64,000 nt of DNA, taken from Azolla caroliniana (Eukaryota > Plantae > Polypodiophyta). Shown one piece after another: positions 48,812 through 62,766 of the stretch (its first letter is position 1; the number at the start of each line of letters is the position of its first letter). Location of the stretch: the NCBI GenBank assembly GCA_043228905.1, contig JBHGNT010000001.1, positions 27,528,001 through 27,592,000 of the forward strand, read 5' to 3'. Under the pieces are notes generated by a model. The model was not told where the DNA came from. It saw nothing but the letters and a program-made list of their open reading frames with translations, and ran no database searches. A program made the translations under genes and the position numbers.

Positions 48812-49710
48812 TCATGCCATCAATGCATGCTGATTGATGCACCCATCAGTCCATGGTCATGATCATGTGAGACACGAGGAGGGGACTATAGTAGCATATG
48901 CTTCAACTAAGAATTATCTAAGTTATTTTCTAATCTCTTCTATTGTTTTCTCTCATAGTCATCTCGTAACTCAATTGTAAACTACACTTTGCAAGTTTTA
49001 TAATTGCAATACACTTTATATTTTCTATCACTTTACATGGTTTGAAGTTTGAACTTATTTTAGGATTTACCCTAAGATCCTACGCAAATTGCATTCCTCT
49101 TGAGTTTCTATCTTGCATGTGAAGACTTTACATTGGCAACCTTTGCAATACCCTATTTCTAAAACTCAAAAAAAGTAGAGTTCTCCACCCATTTCCGTAT
49201 GTATAAACATGTCTTATTCTTGACGTTCAAGCAAGTGTCGAACGTTTATACAATTCTCCATATCTTGTGAAGCTTTCTGGCCCTAGTGAGAGGAGCTTCA
49301 AGTATATGGGCGAAGAAGGGGAGAGCTTGGTTGGAATATTCATTGAAACTTGGACAAGGTCACTATGTTCATGTGAGAAACACCGATGTGAAGAATCCAC
49401 GGTTTCCACATCTCGTAAGCCAAAGGATGGGACCCTAGACTAGATGTGCAACTCTAAAAATTAACGCTTATGTATGGTGTTGCCAACACCACTAACTAAA
49501 CTAAAAACAAACAAACAAACAAACTACTACTACTACTACTATACTACTACTAGCGGGACACAAGGCCAAGAAGAGGGTGGATGGGAGGGGTCATATTTGC
49601 AAATTCATAGAATTGCAGTGTCAGTTTTGATTGGATTACAGAGACAACACAGTAAGGCCGCAGTAGTAGTACTGAAGACCTCTCTCTCTCTCTGTTTTCT
49701 GTTTGTAGCG

Positions 49711-51309
49711 ATGGCGATGGCGATGGCGATGACCATGGCGGTGCCGGCGCAGGGGAGAGGGTACCTTCTTCGCCATGGCCATCTCCCGCCTCCTCTGCCT
49801 CTGCTCCCCCAGATTCAGAACCACCACCAGCATTTCCATAGCCACGCTAACGCCGATCCTGTGCCTGTGCCTGTCGACGAGGGGCAGTCCCAGAAGAAGT
49901 CATCGTGGGGGGTCTCATCCTCCTTCTCTCGCATGGTGCGCCGCATCCAAATTGCGTACGACCGCATCCGCTTCAAGGGCCTCCCACCTCAACTCAGAGA
50001 TGTCGCCGCATCAGCTTCTGCCAACGCTATAAGGCACATCCTCTCTTCTTTCTTGCTTGCACACTACATATGCCCGATTTACTTTTAGAATAATAAGAGA
50101 TCAATTAAGGCGTCGATGGAGGCCTTCCATCCTCGTTCTGAGTGGTTTGTTTTCCTTATATTTTGTATTTCTGACATGACTGCATATCTGTTCTTTTTTT
50201 AACTTTCTGAGTACAATTCACACTTTTATTTGTCAATAAAACGCCCTGCAGCTAGTTTCAGCGTAGCTATATTTTCCTCTCTTTCTACTGTTCAGAGATC
50301 TCACGGGTAGGTATGCATGGGCTGGCTATGGTGAGGGTCATCAAGTAAGGCCCTTCATACTCGTTTTGAGTATCGTTTTTTCTTTTCCTTATGTTTTGTA
50401 TTTTGACATGGCTGCAGATCATTTTTTTATTTGTTCAGACTTTCATTTGTCAATAAAAGTTCCTTGTAGCATTTCGATTATGTTAAATATTCCCTTACAT
50501 CGTCTTCGTGTTGGGCAACTTGGTTGATGGCAAATGAAGTGTCTTGCCCTGTTGGATAGCCTCTCTGGTGAAAAGTCCTCACATGTAAGTTAAAAGAGGC
50601 AGAATCCTCACTTGAATGCATGTGCCATGGTTACCACGATGACCTTATAGAGAAGACTGTGTACAGTTATTCTTTGTGCCTCTGGAACTTGATGAAAGAA
50701 ATGTTTTCAAGTCTACAATGTGCAATGTTTGTGGTGCTAATGACTCTGTCGTTTTTTCTCACTTTTCCAACTCTTATTCACAGATCTGAATCAGACTTGG
50801 TGAATGTTGTTGAACAGCGTATCTGGCATTCCGTTTTAGAGGGTGACTTTGAGAAGCTTCCAGGGCAAGGAAAGCCATTAAAAATGGAGGGAAATCCACA
50901 CATGGACCCTGCAGAAGATCTTGCTTACAGGATACTTTACCAGAATGGCTTTGCTCCAGAATGGATTGAACTAAACAAGGAAATACGATTCCACATGGAA
51001 AGGTGGAGAAGAGCCCTTAGAATGTCATGGAAAAGAAAAGCTGATTCTTGTACTGGAGATGCCCAAAGGCGAGAAGAGCTATGGAGTGCAGACCTGAAAT
51101 TTCTGGAAGACGAACTAAATGAAATAAATAAAAAAGTATGTTCCTGCTGTTGATTCCCATTTCTGAACGTGGAAGATTGTGTATCTTATAAGTTGTGTTC
51201 CTTAATTTTGGCTCAGGTCTTTCACTATAACCTTATTGTTCCATTTGGCCGACAAGTATTCCGTTATAGAATTGAAGAGGAGCTGCATCGGGTGCAAAAA
51301 GCTGAGTAG
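49711..51309 (+). CDS. DUF1992 / DNAJC28 conserved-domain protein; exons 49711-50033, 50784-51135, 51217-51309
   Basis: LPPQLR..NAIR|SESDLVNVVEQRIWHSVLEGDFEKLPGQGKPL..NPHMDPAEDLAYRIL..NGFAPEWIELNKEIR..INKK|VFHYNLIVPFGRQ. Intron 1 is inferred to be GC-AG. The exact start Met is uncertain. Confidence 0.85.
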
Positions 51310-51826
51310 ACAAGCTTAACATTTTCTTGACACTTGTATGGCATGTACATAATAGAATAGTATCCCACGCGAGGGCTTCCGTGTATATTCAATAACATGA
51401 GGATATTTATGTTGGTGTATCCTATTATAGGCACACCTGTCTGGTAGGAAACATCAGCCAAGGTTAGCTTCACTAATGGTGTAATCACACATCTGTAAAT
51501 ATATTTACATGAGAGAAATAGATATTGTTTCATCAACCATTGTATCTTCCCTCGCAATAAAGCTTTGGTACCTTCATTACCTCTAGAAAATACATTTGGG
51601 CAGTGAGGGGTTGACGTAATCAATTGAGAGTGTAACAAGGCATGTACTGCTGACAGCAATGTTTTCGAAAAGTTAGCTTAAAAGTTCATGTTTTTGTTTG
51701 AATTTAGTATCTCCCTATTAAATTGCATCTTAAATGAAGGTGCTAATATTATCAAGATGTCCATAGACAAGGATATGATTGCCATGTTTCCATTATACTA
51801 ATGTTGACATTGTAATGAGGATACTT

Positions 51827-52020
51827 TTATATAGTCTATTGCACTTGAGATGGGCCGAAGAATTCATAACTAACATTATTTTGTTGCCTCATTACAGAAT
51901 ACCCAAGATTCATGTTAAACAGGCCGATTGATCCTGTTATATAGTCTATTGCAATTGAGATGGACCGAAGACTTGATAACTGACATTATTTTGTTGCCTC
52001 ATTACAGAAGTTCCAAGATT
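51827..52020. repeat. ~110-bp-period tandem duplication
   Basis: TTATATAGTCTATTGCA.TTGAGATGG.CCGAAGA...TTTTGTTGCCTCATTACAGAA at 51827 and 51937. Confidence 0.85.
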
Positions 52021-53507
52021 TCACCATGTTAACAAAAAGCTGAACTAGTTTCACAAATGCTACAGGAAAGTTCTCAAAGCAAAAGACAATCATGATTTGC
52101 ACAGAAAACTGTGACATTAGCTACATTGAAGATGTAGTTCAGGATTGCTTCAAAGAAAGTTTGAAGATATCACCCCACAGACAATGTGGGAGAAATTGAA
52201 CATTAAATAACAAGCAACTAGTACTTCCCAGGAGTGAAACGAGTGCATGACACTGTTGTATATGCTAGAATATACAAACAAGTAGATGCTGCAAGATTTG
52301 AGATTCTAATATTGAAACAGGCTCTTAAGAATGGATATATAGATTGGATGTAAATCACACCAGAGTTAGTGAGTGATTATCTAATACTCATGTATTGGGA
52401 TGTCAGAGACTTCTCTCAAGATTTGACATTCATATACTGGGAAGTCAAAAGCAACAGGCTCTTCAAGAATATACAGAGATCATGCAGAATGAGTGTTGTG
52501 GGTGGATTCCCTTGCTCCCAATGTTGGGATTTCCAAGTTTTGCAATTCTCCAATTGGGACGTCAAAGCAACAGGCTATTATCAATGTATGCAAGTCGAGT
52601 GAAAACACTCATTGAGATGTGCATGAATCCAGTGCTACTATGTACTTTCGAAGGCTAACCAGGGATGGATGATCAATTGAATACTACAAAAAAAACTAGT
52701 TCAACTAAAATGAAAGAGGGACATAAATCAAATATGCTCATATTCTCTAATGATCATTGAGTTAACAAACACAAAGCAAAAGGTACAACAAAGGGCCTGA
52801 AAGTAAAATATAATGCCTGTGCAAGTAACGAACCATTAGGTGGGATTCCTTGTAAAATATAAGTCCCATTTTTGTGTAAAATTCTGTAGACAAAATTGAG
52901 GCAGAGCTGTGCTGTGTATACATCATATTCCATGGTATTGATTTCAATGTCAACCAAGATGAAGAATATGCGTGCAGCACATCATGTAATACAACCTCCT
53001 TGAAATATCCGCTTTCCTGCACATCCACACTAAAGAATGGCAATAAGTATAATTCTGTTTCATGTACAACCATTATACAGAAATAGAAATCCAAGCATAT
53101 GATTTTTTCATCCCCATCAAATACAATCCTGCAAATAGTACTTGCAAAACATGCAACCTACAACGTTAGGAACATGCACAACTCATAGATACAAGAATGA
53201 CACTGACAATAAAAATATTTAACTCTGTTACAGACTCAGTTTAGACGCAAATCTACGCAGAATACATCAATTTCTATAGCGGTTGAGTTTTGCATCATTG
53301 CAAGATAAGAACATACTCTTCACCATTTTCCAATCGGCACAATCAAGTTAATACTCATACCGAAATGAAGTAGTGGCTAAAACTATCCCACCTGGTATTA
53401 GATTGCAACATTCAGTAAAAATGTGACAAAGCAATCATTCGTAAGGGTGCAGGAAGTTACAAGAAGAAGACATCCAGGAGAGCATTGAATGATCTACCAG
53501 CTTTTCT

Positions 53508-56500
53508 TCATGGCCTTTGAGGTAATTTTCTGAGTGCCGCATTCAACCTTTCCTCTGAAAGGGTGCTATAATTCTCATAAAAATCAAAGATTTCCATTGT
53601 GATATTTTTAATCTGCAAAACAAATAAATAAGCCAATTATTACTTGAAAGACATCATATCAGTAACAACAGATTAAATGAGTCTCACAACAATGCAAGCT
53701 AAATCAGATTCTCACCATAGTCTACGTCTCAGCCATATCAAACTAACATTCAAACAACAAAAAACGAAGTGCCCATCATTTTATGGTATTTGCACATGTG
53801 AAGGAAAGCTGCTAAGGAGAAGGCTTCAACTGTTCTTTAATAAATCATTGTAAGGGCCTGTAAGAAAAATGGCAAATAGTATTTTGTCTCCTGTTACAAT
53901 TTGCCATTTTCTCTTTTGTGTGAACACAAACTAACTACAGGACAAGCGAAAGATGGGTGATTCTCTTTTGTGATATTCTAGACCCAAAGTATTAAGACAA
54001 CTCGGAAATTAGAGAATAGAACTGAAGATTGAAAGACTAGAGGCCGTCTTTGGGCATGTATGAAGCAAACTCAACCAAAATGAAGGTGATTCCTCCTCAT
54101 ATATATGATTTCCTTGCAGGTGAGAACTAACAATCCATCAAGGAATACAAAATTAGCTTCACGATTATTCAGCCTCAAAATTGCCATAATATCTTTGCAA
54201 AATGATGATTTACATGGATATGAATTACTTAAAATATGTACGTACAGATTCCAGTTTTCTGAAGTACTCAATATATGTATGTAAGCGCTTACCACATTCA
54301 TGTCAACTCTAAGTTCTTCGAACCATGCAAGAATATCTCTTTCTTGAAATGAGCTTGCCACATATATACATGCCAAAGCAATCATAAATGGGGGATACAT
54401 GAGAATCAAATCTGTTCTGTACAAGTCATTAACCAAAGACCTGCATGATAATAAGAAAAGCGTTATTCTATAATGTTTCTTATGTATTTCTCCACACAGA
54501 GCTAATTGCACTACATGGTAATTTTTTATCAAATCAGAAAGCTTTAGAAATGACTCGTTCTAATAATTTCCCTCTCATGTTTCACTAGACACTACTAATT
54601 ACTTTACCAGGTCAGTTTTATCGATTCAGTAAAGCCAGCATCTTGTAATAATCTGCAAATGGCACCTATGATCAATTAATAACAAGCACACAACAATTTA
54701 ATGGTTACTACATTATACCAGACCAATCCAATCACAGAACTCAGTGCTTACTGTATCAATGGTCGGTATGGATGAAAAATTATGAGATAGAAATCTAGTG
54801 CCTCGAGCAACTTCATCTCCATTTGTAGAATATCAGGCACCTCAAAAATGCATTTCTCATCATTGAACAGCCCTTCAAATAGCCAAGGATATATTTCAAC
54901 AGTTTATATATGATATTTTAACGGATACTAAAACTATAATCATGTGTTCAACTCATACGCATTTTCTTCATATAGAAGATAAGAAGCTTTGCTTGGATTG
55001 TGCTTTCTTCTGCTTTTGAAGCTAAGTATAAGCATGTTGGTGCTACTAGACGAGGATCATATTCACAAAAGCTCTTCCTGTAGAACTAGGAGTGATCATC
55101 AAGTGAATCTCGCAATTTCCTATAATTCTATATCAGCCTTCATTAGAATAAAAAACATCAAAATTTTCCAGATCAAAATATCTACGCCTAAGGAATCAAA
55201 TTCCACCCTAAATACTTCATAATAATGTCCTAACAACCCTATATACCTCAGATTAAAGAATTTTGCTTTGCATAATAGAGGGAAATCAAATTTACTATTT
55301 GTTGAGATGAAAAATGACCGATGACCATAGTCAATAGAGAGAGTCATTGAGATGTTAATGCAATATATGGGTTAGCTGTTATTGTTAACAACCTAATGTA
55401 TCATAGGAATGTTAATGAGGTGCTTAACTTAGTTCCTTCATTCAAGGCACCAAGTTGTACACGTATCTGCTCACTTATAAGCACATGAGTCTATAACTAC
55501 ACTGTTTCATCCCTCAACCAGTGCTGGTGGAACTGGGATCCTGGAAGGAAAAAGGGTCATGATTGGCATTCCTTTCAAATGGCAAGCCCAATGGGACGAA
55601 CTATATGCCGTAAAAGCTCATGAAAACCAACATTTGGAATCTTAAGAGCCCCTGGGCACTGTGCTCAGAATAGATGTAGACCTGGCGTAAATGCAGATGC
55701 AGAACCAGAGAGAATTGCAGATCCGAAGGACCAGTAACTCTGATTTCTCCAGACGGCACCAGATCTAGAAGCGTGAACCAATCACAGCTAAAATCGACTC
55801 AGTGTTGACATTGATCCAACATGCATCAAAGGCCACGAATGCCTCAAGGTTTCGGCAGAATAGGACGGATCAGTCAACGAAATTTGAACGTTAAATTAGC
55901 TCTTGACGTACCCAAAACAGAACAACTTCCATTACCACAAGATATATTGACCGCCGCAGATCGTCTAATAGAGATGACACCAAGATCCAAACCTCAAGAA
56001 TGAATAAGCTGCTGAGTTAGTGGATTTAAGTGTTTGTCCCAATGAATTATCCTAGAGAATTCTTTTCTGTTGAAGGGTTGGCATTAATTAGCAACCTATC
56101 AAACTTGACATGGTCAATGTTGGTTTAAGAATTTTTCTCTGTGCAAACATCTTGGTAATCTATTACAAGCCCTTCCTTCAATTACAGGAATTCACCTTGT
56201 TTGAGTTATAGGTTGAAGTATGCAACCACTACATGCCCGTCCTGGTAAAAGTTGCACATGTTGGCATAGAAGTAAAGACAACATAATGTTTTCTCATCAT
56301 TTTGTTTTCAATAAAAACAATGTGTCAATGAACGAGGTGCCATGAAAGTAACAATTTCAAAAAGGCAGTATGCCATCAAATGTATTTGCATGGATATAAA
56401 TTGAAACTTGCACCAAAGACTTCCCCATTTGGTGTATGACATTCCGCATTGGAACATGCAAGTAACTTACTCCATCTCCTCGCCATCATGTCAATATTAT

Positions 56501-59172
56501 AATACATACCAAGACGGAGCTTGCTGATTTGAACTAAATATGTTTTACGACACCAAACTATAACATTTTGGTTCAAATTTGTCTACTTCCTTGCAAGGTC
56601 TATATGGAGGATTATCTTTTATAAAGCCCTCCATTTTATTAATCAATACAACTATAAAAAGGTAAAATGACAAGGAGAACTTTAATTTTTATCTCTCATT
56701 TCACTTGTCAAAGCTGCTCAGATATTGCATCGTCATACTTCAATGCCAATGCCATATAGCATCATTTTGATCTTACAAAGAAGTTATTGTCTTATCTGCA
56801 CCAAAAACATTTCAGTTCATCAATTATGCTTCTAAGGTAATAATTACATTTGAAGTCTCCAGAAAGTCCAACATACTTTTGAGTTCCATATTAGTTTAAA
56901 TATATGGGCTTGTATATTTACTATAGCCTACGATATACTTCTAATCAGAAAGGTAGATGCACAAGAAAACAATGGTCAAATGAATGTCAATTGTGGCAGC
57001 AGGAAGTGGAATCAGAGGAACAGTCTGTGTCTGCCATTGTCATTTCTTTCGTCAAATGAAGAGTGGAAGTCACTACAGCTTCACTTAGGGGTGGAAACAA
57101 AGAAAAATGATGTTTATGAGTGTGCTTGTTGGAAATCAAATGACACAAAAAGAGGTTTTTGAAATACAACAATATGCCTTTAAATCTACATCAATAAAGC
57201 CTCATAACCTTTTTCAGTATCATCATTCATCCTGTTCCTATTACAAAGAATTCAAGGACAGCACCGGCAAGGTCCCAACAACAGCCTGCCAATGGATTAA
57301 TCAATAGCAAATTTCCCTCAATCCAGAGCAACTCCGTCTGGATAATGGCTTCCCTACTCTTGCTATAGACATATGGACATTATCACTCAACATTGTAGTT
57401 TCCCTCTCAATCTTAGAGACCATCCTTTGTTGGAGATTTTACTAAGCCCTCCCTAATGCATAATTATATCCAATATTGAGTCTACAGAGAGAGCTGGGAA
57501 AATCCAACTGTAGTTTCAAGCTTTGAATGAATCACAAATCTAACCATTCTAAAGGTTACCATGAGCCAGCCTATGCATGCATCTGCAATGAGTAAAGAGC
57601 GTTTGACCTTTCTACTCCACTGGACTAACAAAACGGCACGATGAATGGTGAGAATTTGCCATCAAAAGTTGAACTATGAACAGACCTTAGGAAGTAGGCA
57701 CATGTTAATCTTGAGAAAGATCATCAAACGATGACAAGGTTAAGATTCATGTCCCATCACAATATAGACATAGATTTAGATGCATTGGGAGCCGTGCAAT
57801 GTTGTTTCTCACACAATTATTTTGGTTCTTAGATATGGCCCATAAGTAATCTACACTAAGACATTGAGATTCTTGACTTCTGATGGACTGAAAAAAATTG
57901 GACAGATTGCTGCATTGTGATTTGGCTCGAAAGCAATAACATTTAATAAATTTAACAGAAAAAATTCAACATATTCACATGCCTGGTATAAACTCTCCTG
58001 AAGTATGTTATCGCTGTGGCCACAACTCTGTCAATTTCAACAACATTATCAACGTTTAATATTATTATTACAAGCTGCCGGGTTCAACATCCTCTAATTG
58101 AAAATTTTGACGCACAAACAGGTTATGAATTTTAATTATCACAAATGGATATAAACGTGAATTCTCACCTCTGCCTCACCTTGACATGGTGTGCCAAACT
58201 TTGGATGCCTGATTTATTAAGAAGAAAAAAATTTCACAATCACAAACTCAGTGGCAATGTTTTATAGCAACATATTTTCACTCCCATCTCAGTGAATGAT
58301 TATGCATTGAAAATCATGTTTCACATAAATGCCCAGCAGCAACAGAATAAATCAGAATCTCTAGATAATGCCACACCAGCTGCTCGAGTATTACATGGAT
58401 AAATAAAAACTCCTAAAAACAAAACTCTACGAAACAATGTACCCACAAGCAGACATATGGATCTTGATTATTTTGGCATCTTCTGGCGTCATCCCATGCT
58501 CCTGATCAGCAGGAAACACAATCCCAACTTCATCTGGATCGAGAAGCTTCTTGCTGCAAGCACATAGCCAATCAAGAGTAAATCCATCATTGCTATTCAA
58601 ATAAAAAATAAGAAAAATCAAAATGTAATGTTGACAATCCAATTGAAAGATTTTCAAATAACATATGGACTTTTGTCAGCTCTGGTGATAATAAAACAAG
58701 AATCACACTGTGGACCTAATCAAAACAACCACATGAAAGCAAAATCCAATTCCAATGCACATATGATGTTTTATGCATCCCCATCTCGAAACGACAATTG
58801 AAATATATCAGCATCAAGGAAACTCAAAACCATATGAGATCAAGAATCTCATGTTAGCAAACTTCCCAAACAAAAAATGGATCTTGTCAAATCCCTGATA
58901 AAAAAACAAAATAGAAATCGCAGGCATGAAGGAAATCGAGATAGTATATCCGTCACATCCATTAAACTCAACCATGTGAAAACCCAAGAACTATAAACAT
59001 GAGGACAAGCATTTCAAAACCACAAAAAAAGATCTCCCCTTTCTCAATCCAAAGTAAGGAACCGATATTTTAACCTCAAAACAACAAAACCAAAAAACAA
59101 AACGAAGGAAAGAGATTTGATGTGTGGGGGGGGTACTTACTAATGAGAAGAGTTCCAGAAGTTGGCAGCCAT
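53508..59172 (-). CDS. CYCC1: Cyclin-C (Mediator kinase module); exons 59172-59141, 58553-58447, 58208-58169, 58027-57983, 55077-54959, 54872-54752, 54652-54608, 54440-54293, 53612-53508
   Basis: MAANFWNSSHY..; [120 protein letters not shown]. All exon phases are consistent. Confidence 0.95.
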
Positions 59173-59254
59173 GTATGTTCTAGCGAGGGTATTTATATAT
59201 TAGAATATATACTCTGCCTTCCTTCAATCTACTCCCAACCAAGCGATTCAGCGT

Positions 59255-59269
59255 AGCGTGCGTGTGCGT

Positions 59270-59301
<32 letters not shown>

Positions 59302-59550
59302 CTGTGTGTCTGTGTGTGTTGGGGGGGAGATGAAGATGAAGATGAAGATAATGATGAAGATGAAGATGAAGATGAATATGAAGGAAGCGTTTGGCTATCT
59401 ATACGTGCGTATACACACACAGAGCTACAGAGAGAGGGTTTGAACGATCATAGGTAGATACGTACATACATATACATACATACATACATACATACATACA
59501 TACATACATACATACATGCATGCATGCATGCATACACACACACACACAAA
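59255..59550. repeat. Compound microsatellites upstream of cyclin C: (TG)n, (GATGAA)n, (CATA)n, (CATG)n, (CA)n
   Basis: Directly visible. Confidence 0.9.
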
Positions 59551-60768
59551 CAAACAAGCCAAACTTTCTGGTTTTACTAAGTTCTAACCAATGCACTCAC
59601 TCAATGTGTATGTATGTACTCCTGCTTTATTCGTCGCCACTCTTGAATTCGTAAGGGGTTGATTGATTGAACACATGATGACGCCCGAGCAACCCTAGCA
59701 AAACCAAGTTGCATCCATATGTCCCCCCCCCCCCCCCCCACACACGCCTATGCCGCTCAAATTAGATTGGTCACACGATGGTCTCCACTCGACAACCCTA
59801 CAAACTAAGCTGCAATCCTTTGGTGGCGTGACACATTGCTATAAATTAGGGAAATCTCATATGGTTCATTAAGTGGATGCCCTAAATTCATAGTTTACAT
59901 AGTGGGTAACTCTTTGTGATTAGGAACCTCAACTTCAAGCAAACACATGTCATTTATTTGAAAACAACTAAGCACACCTTAATGTTTTTCTATTGTACTC
60001 TGCACATAAGCCTGTTGTCGTAAATTTTCGTCTGCATTAACTCAATTAGATTCCTACCTTCCATAGAGTGTACATATATGTACACACAAGGTCAAGGTTG
60101 AGGAAGGTTCAATCTTCACATCTTTGTCATCTTAAGTGTGGGCTTGTTGCAAACCACATAATTTTGAGGTCAAAGCCCAACATCGACAACTCAACTGTTA
60201 TATTTAGTTTTGTTGGTGTGGCCTTATTTAAATGTATATAATAGCTATGGTATTAGACTTTCATGACCTATTTTGTTGGATTGCCAAAAGAAAAAAATGA
60301 TCCAAATGAGTTGTTATCAGCACAATGATAACCCAAAATGTTATCAATGCTCTTTCTTATGTGTGATGTGTGTGCGCGCATATGTACATTAGTATAGACG
60401 TGAGGTTACACACAATTGATATACTTTACATTGAGCATTATTTCTATTCATGGAAAAGTTAAATTGCATTCATATTTAGCAATTAAACCCCTTGTCGGAA
60501 TTGAATGCATATATGACATTGGTAAATCATATGTGTTTTCATAACATTAGTTGTGATCACACATTGTGAGACCTGCCGCACAACTTTCTTTCATCTAATT
60601 TATTGACGATGTGTACTAAATATTTGTATTAAAAATATTGTGCCCATTCATTCCCTTCTAGATATATGCATATGTGTTTTGTGTCTTGTATACTTGCTCT
60701 CTTTCCTTTGTTGATGGGCAAAATTTTCAATTATGATAGATTTATCATATTAACTCCTCTTGAGAATG

Positions 60769-62766
60769 TTTTTTTTTTTTCCAAAATAAAGCTACTTTCC
60801 CATTAGTTAGGAAGGATTGTTACAAAGAGAATGTACAAGGAGGCTTATACATAGATCGGGGAATCTCCCTCCGATCAAGTTCAAGAAAATAAGACTAGTT
60901 ACATAGCCTTTCCGACTGACTACTTAATGTAACCTATAGCTAAAAACGGTGCCCTTCAGTGTTAGCTAGTACGAGACAACTCCTGGGGCCTACAATGAAG
61001 GGAGGGTGGTAAGTGAGTCGGAAACAACTAGCGTGGGGGTTGGTAGTTCCACCTTGGGCCACTCCCTCCTCGTGTTACCATAGGCGTGTTCCGCCATTTA
61101 TGCTAAAAGCGCAAACGGGCAGTGACCACATCATTGGAATGGCTGCAAACCTCGTCCAATTGCCCTCGTAGGCAACTAATAAGCGCAAACCATATGTCCA
61201 TGATCAATTCCTCCGAGGGCCGCACCAGATCCTAAAAGACCTATAGGCAACACGCTTTCCATACATACCACACGGTGAAGCTTGCGATAAGCATCCAAAT
61301 TCCCAGGAACCTAGGGGATGCGGATTGCAAGCCTCTCTCAAAATGAATCTTGGCGATTTTGCCTCTCATGCATACGTAGCACCAACTATCTACATTGAAG
61401 GCGTCTGTCCACCTATCAACGGAGTGATCAATTCATGCCGCAACACTCCACGATGATGTTCCTTCCATTTCACATGCCGCAAGGAGGCGAGTCACTCTAT
61501 CCCATACCTTTTGAGCTTAAGGGCAATCCCACAGACAGTGCCTCAGAGTCTCAATAGGTGAATGGCAAAGTGGGCAGCCTAACGGGCCGCCACGTTTACC
61601 TAGCCATTCGCCAACGGGAACCACATTATGACCGATTTGCCACCAAGAAAACTTTGTCTTTTCCGGCATGTGGAGACACCAGAGACCCTTCCAAAAGGTA
61701 ATGAGCATCTCATCGGGGATGCCCAATGTACGCCAGCCATTGTGTAAGGGGCCGTCTAGCTGTAGTTGAAAAGTTCGGCCCAGTTTAGTGTCGTACTCGA
61801 AGAAATGGCGAAATTTAGTCTTTTCTGGCATGTGGAGACGCCTGAGACCCTTCCAAAAGGTAATGAGCGCCTCATCAGAGATGCCCAATGTACACCAGCC
61901 ATTGCGTAAGGGGCCGTCTAGCTGCAGTTGAAAAGTCCTGCCCAATTTAATGTTGTACTAGAAGAAATGGCGAAATTTGCCATCACGTTTCCACCTGAAA
62001 TCCCCTGGGTCCCATTCTAGTTCGACGAGGGGACGACAACCATATACCCATAACTTCCAATGGGGTTCCACCTTAACAACATCTGGGTCTGTCTTCCAGA
62101 TGTTATCAACCTGCGCCACCACGCGGATTGGGTGCCAAGAGCCCTTACTCTGACTCTCCCCAAAATTTGTATCTCTTCCTGATCCGCTCACGCCCTTCAG
62201 CAACTTAACCATTCCAGCCTCATCAAAGAGCCCAAACCAAGCATCTAGTCTGACCTCCCCCATTATAACCTTATCAACTGCCTCAACTATCAATCTCCGC
62301 ATTTTCATGGCTCCCTTGAGGGGAGGGAATGGGACCTCCTGGGCTCCTCCTAAAGCCATCGTGCGTCTCTAATCATCTATAGAGTGGAGCCCTTTTTGTG
62401 CCAGCTTTCCCCATGTTAGGCCCTTAAGCTGCCCTAACATCATGTCGTCACTTGTTCGCACCTGAGGGTTCCAAAATAATGGTTGTCTAGACTCTAGACC
62501 ACTCGATTAGTGTCTCCGGCGTGTGCTTGACCAAATGATGTCGTACGTGACACCATGCCCACAAGATGGAGTTCATGACCCTCTCTTCCGAATGACAAGC
62601 GATCGTGGGTGGGACTCCGCTCGTGCAACACCAATTCAAGGAGTCAGGCCAAGGCCTACCATACTTGGGAGTCCCTGCTTGCAACCTATTACGAAGTAGA
62701 ACCTTCCAGCACCCCTTACCTGGCAGGAGGCATCGAACCACCATTTTGGCTAGCAATGCTCAGCTC
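60769..62766 (-). mobile_element. 5'-truncated, decayed L1-clade LINE (ORF2 C-terminal region with zf-RVT)
   Basis: Poly-T at 60769-60780 (the poly-A tail). Minus ORFs give ALLAKMVVRCL..CWKVLL and PEKTKFSWWQIGHNVVPVGEWL...CPLCHSPIETLRHCLWDCP (zf-RVT). GC content is higher than the flanks. Confidence 0.85.

Noticed and set aside
49775-50032. Alternative presequence-like ORF as exon 1 of the DUF1992 gene
   Set aside because: It ends in a stop and lacks LPPQLR..NAIR, which lies in the 49711 frame.
53230-53345. Possible duplicated last exon of cyclin C
   Set aside because: Translation shows no convincing similarity to exon 9.
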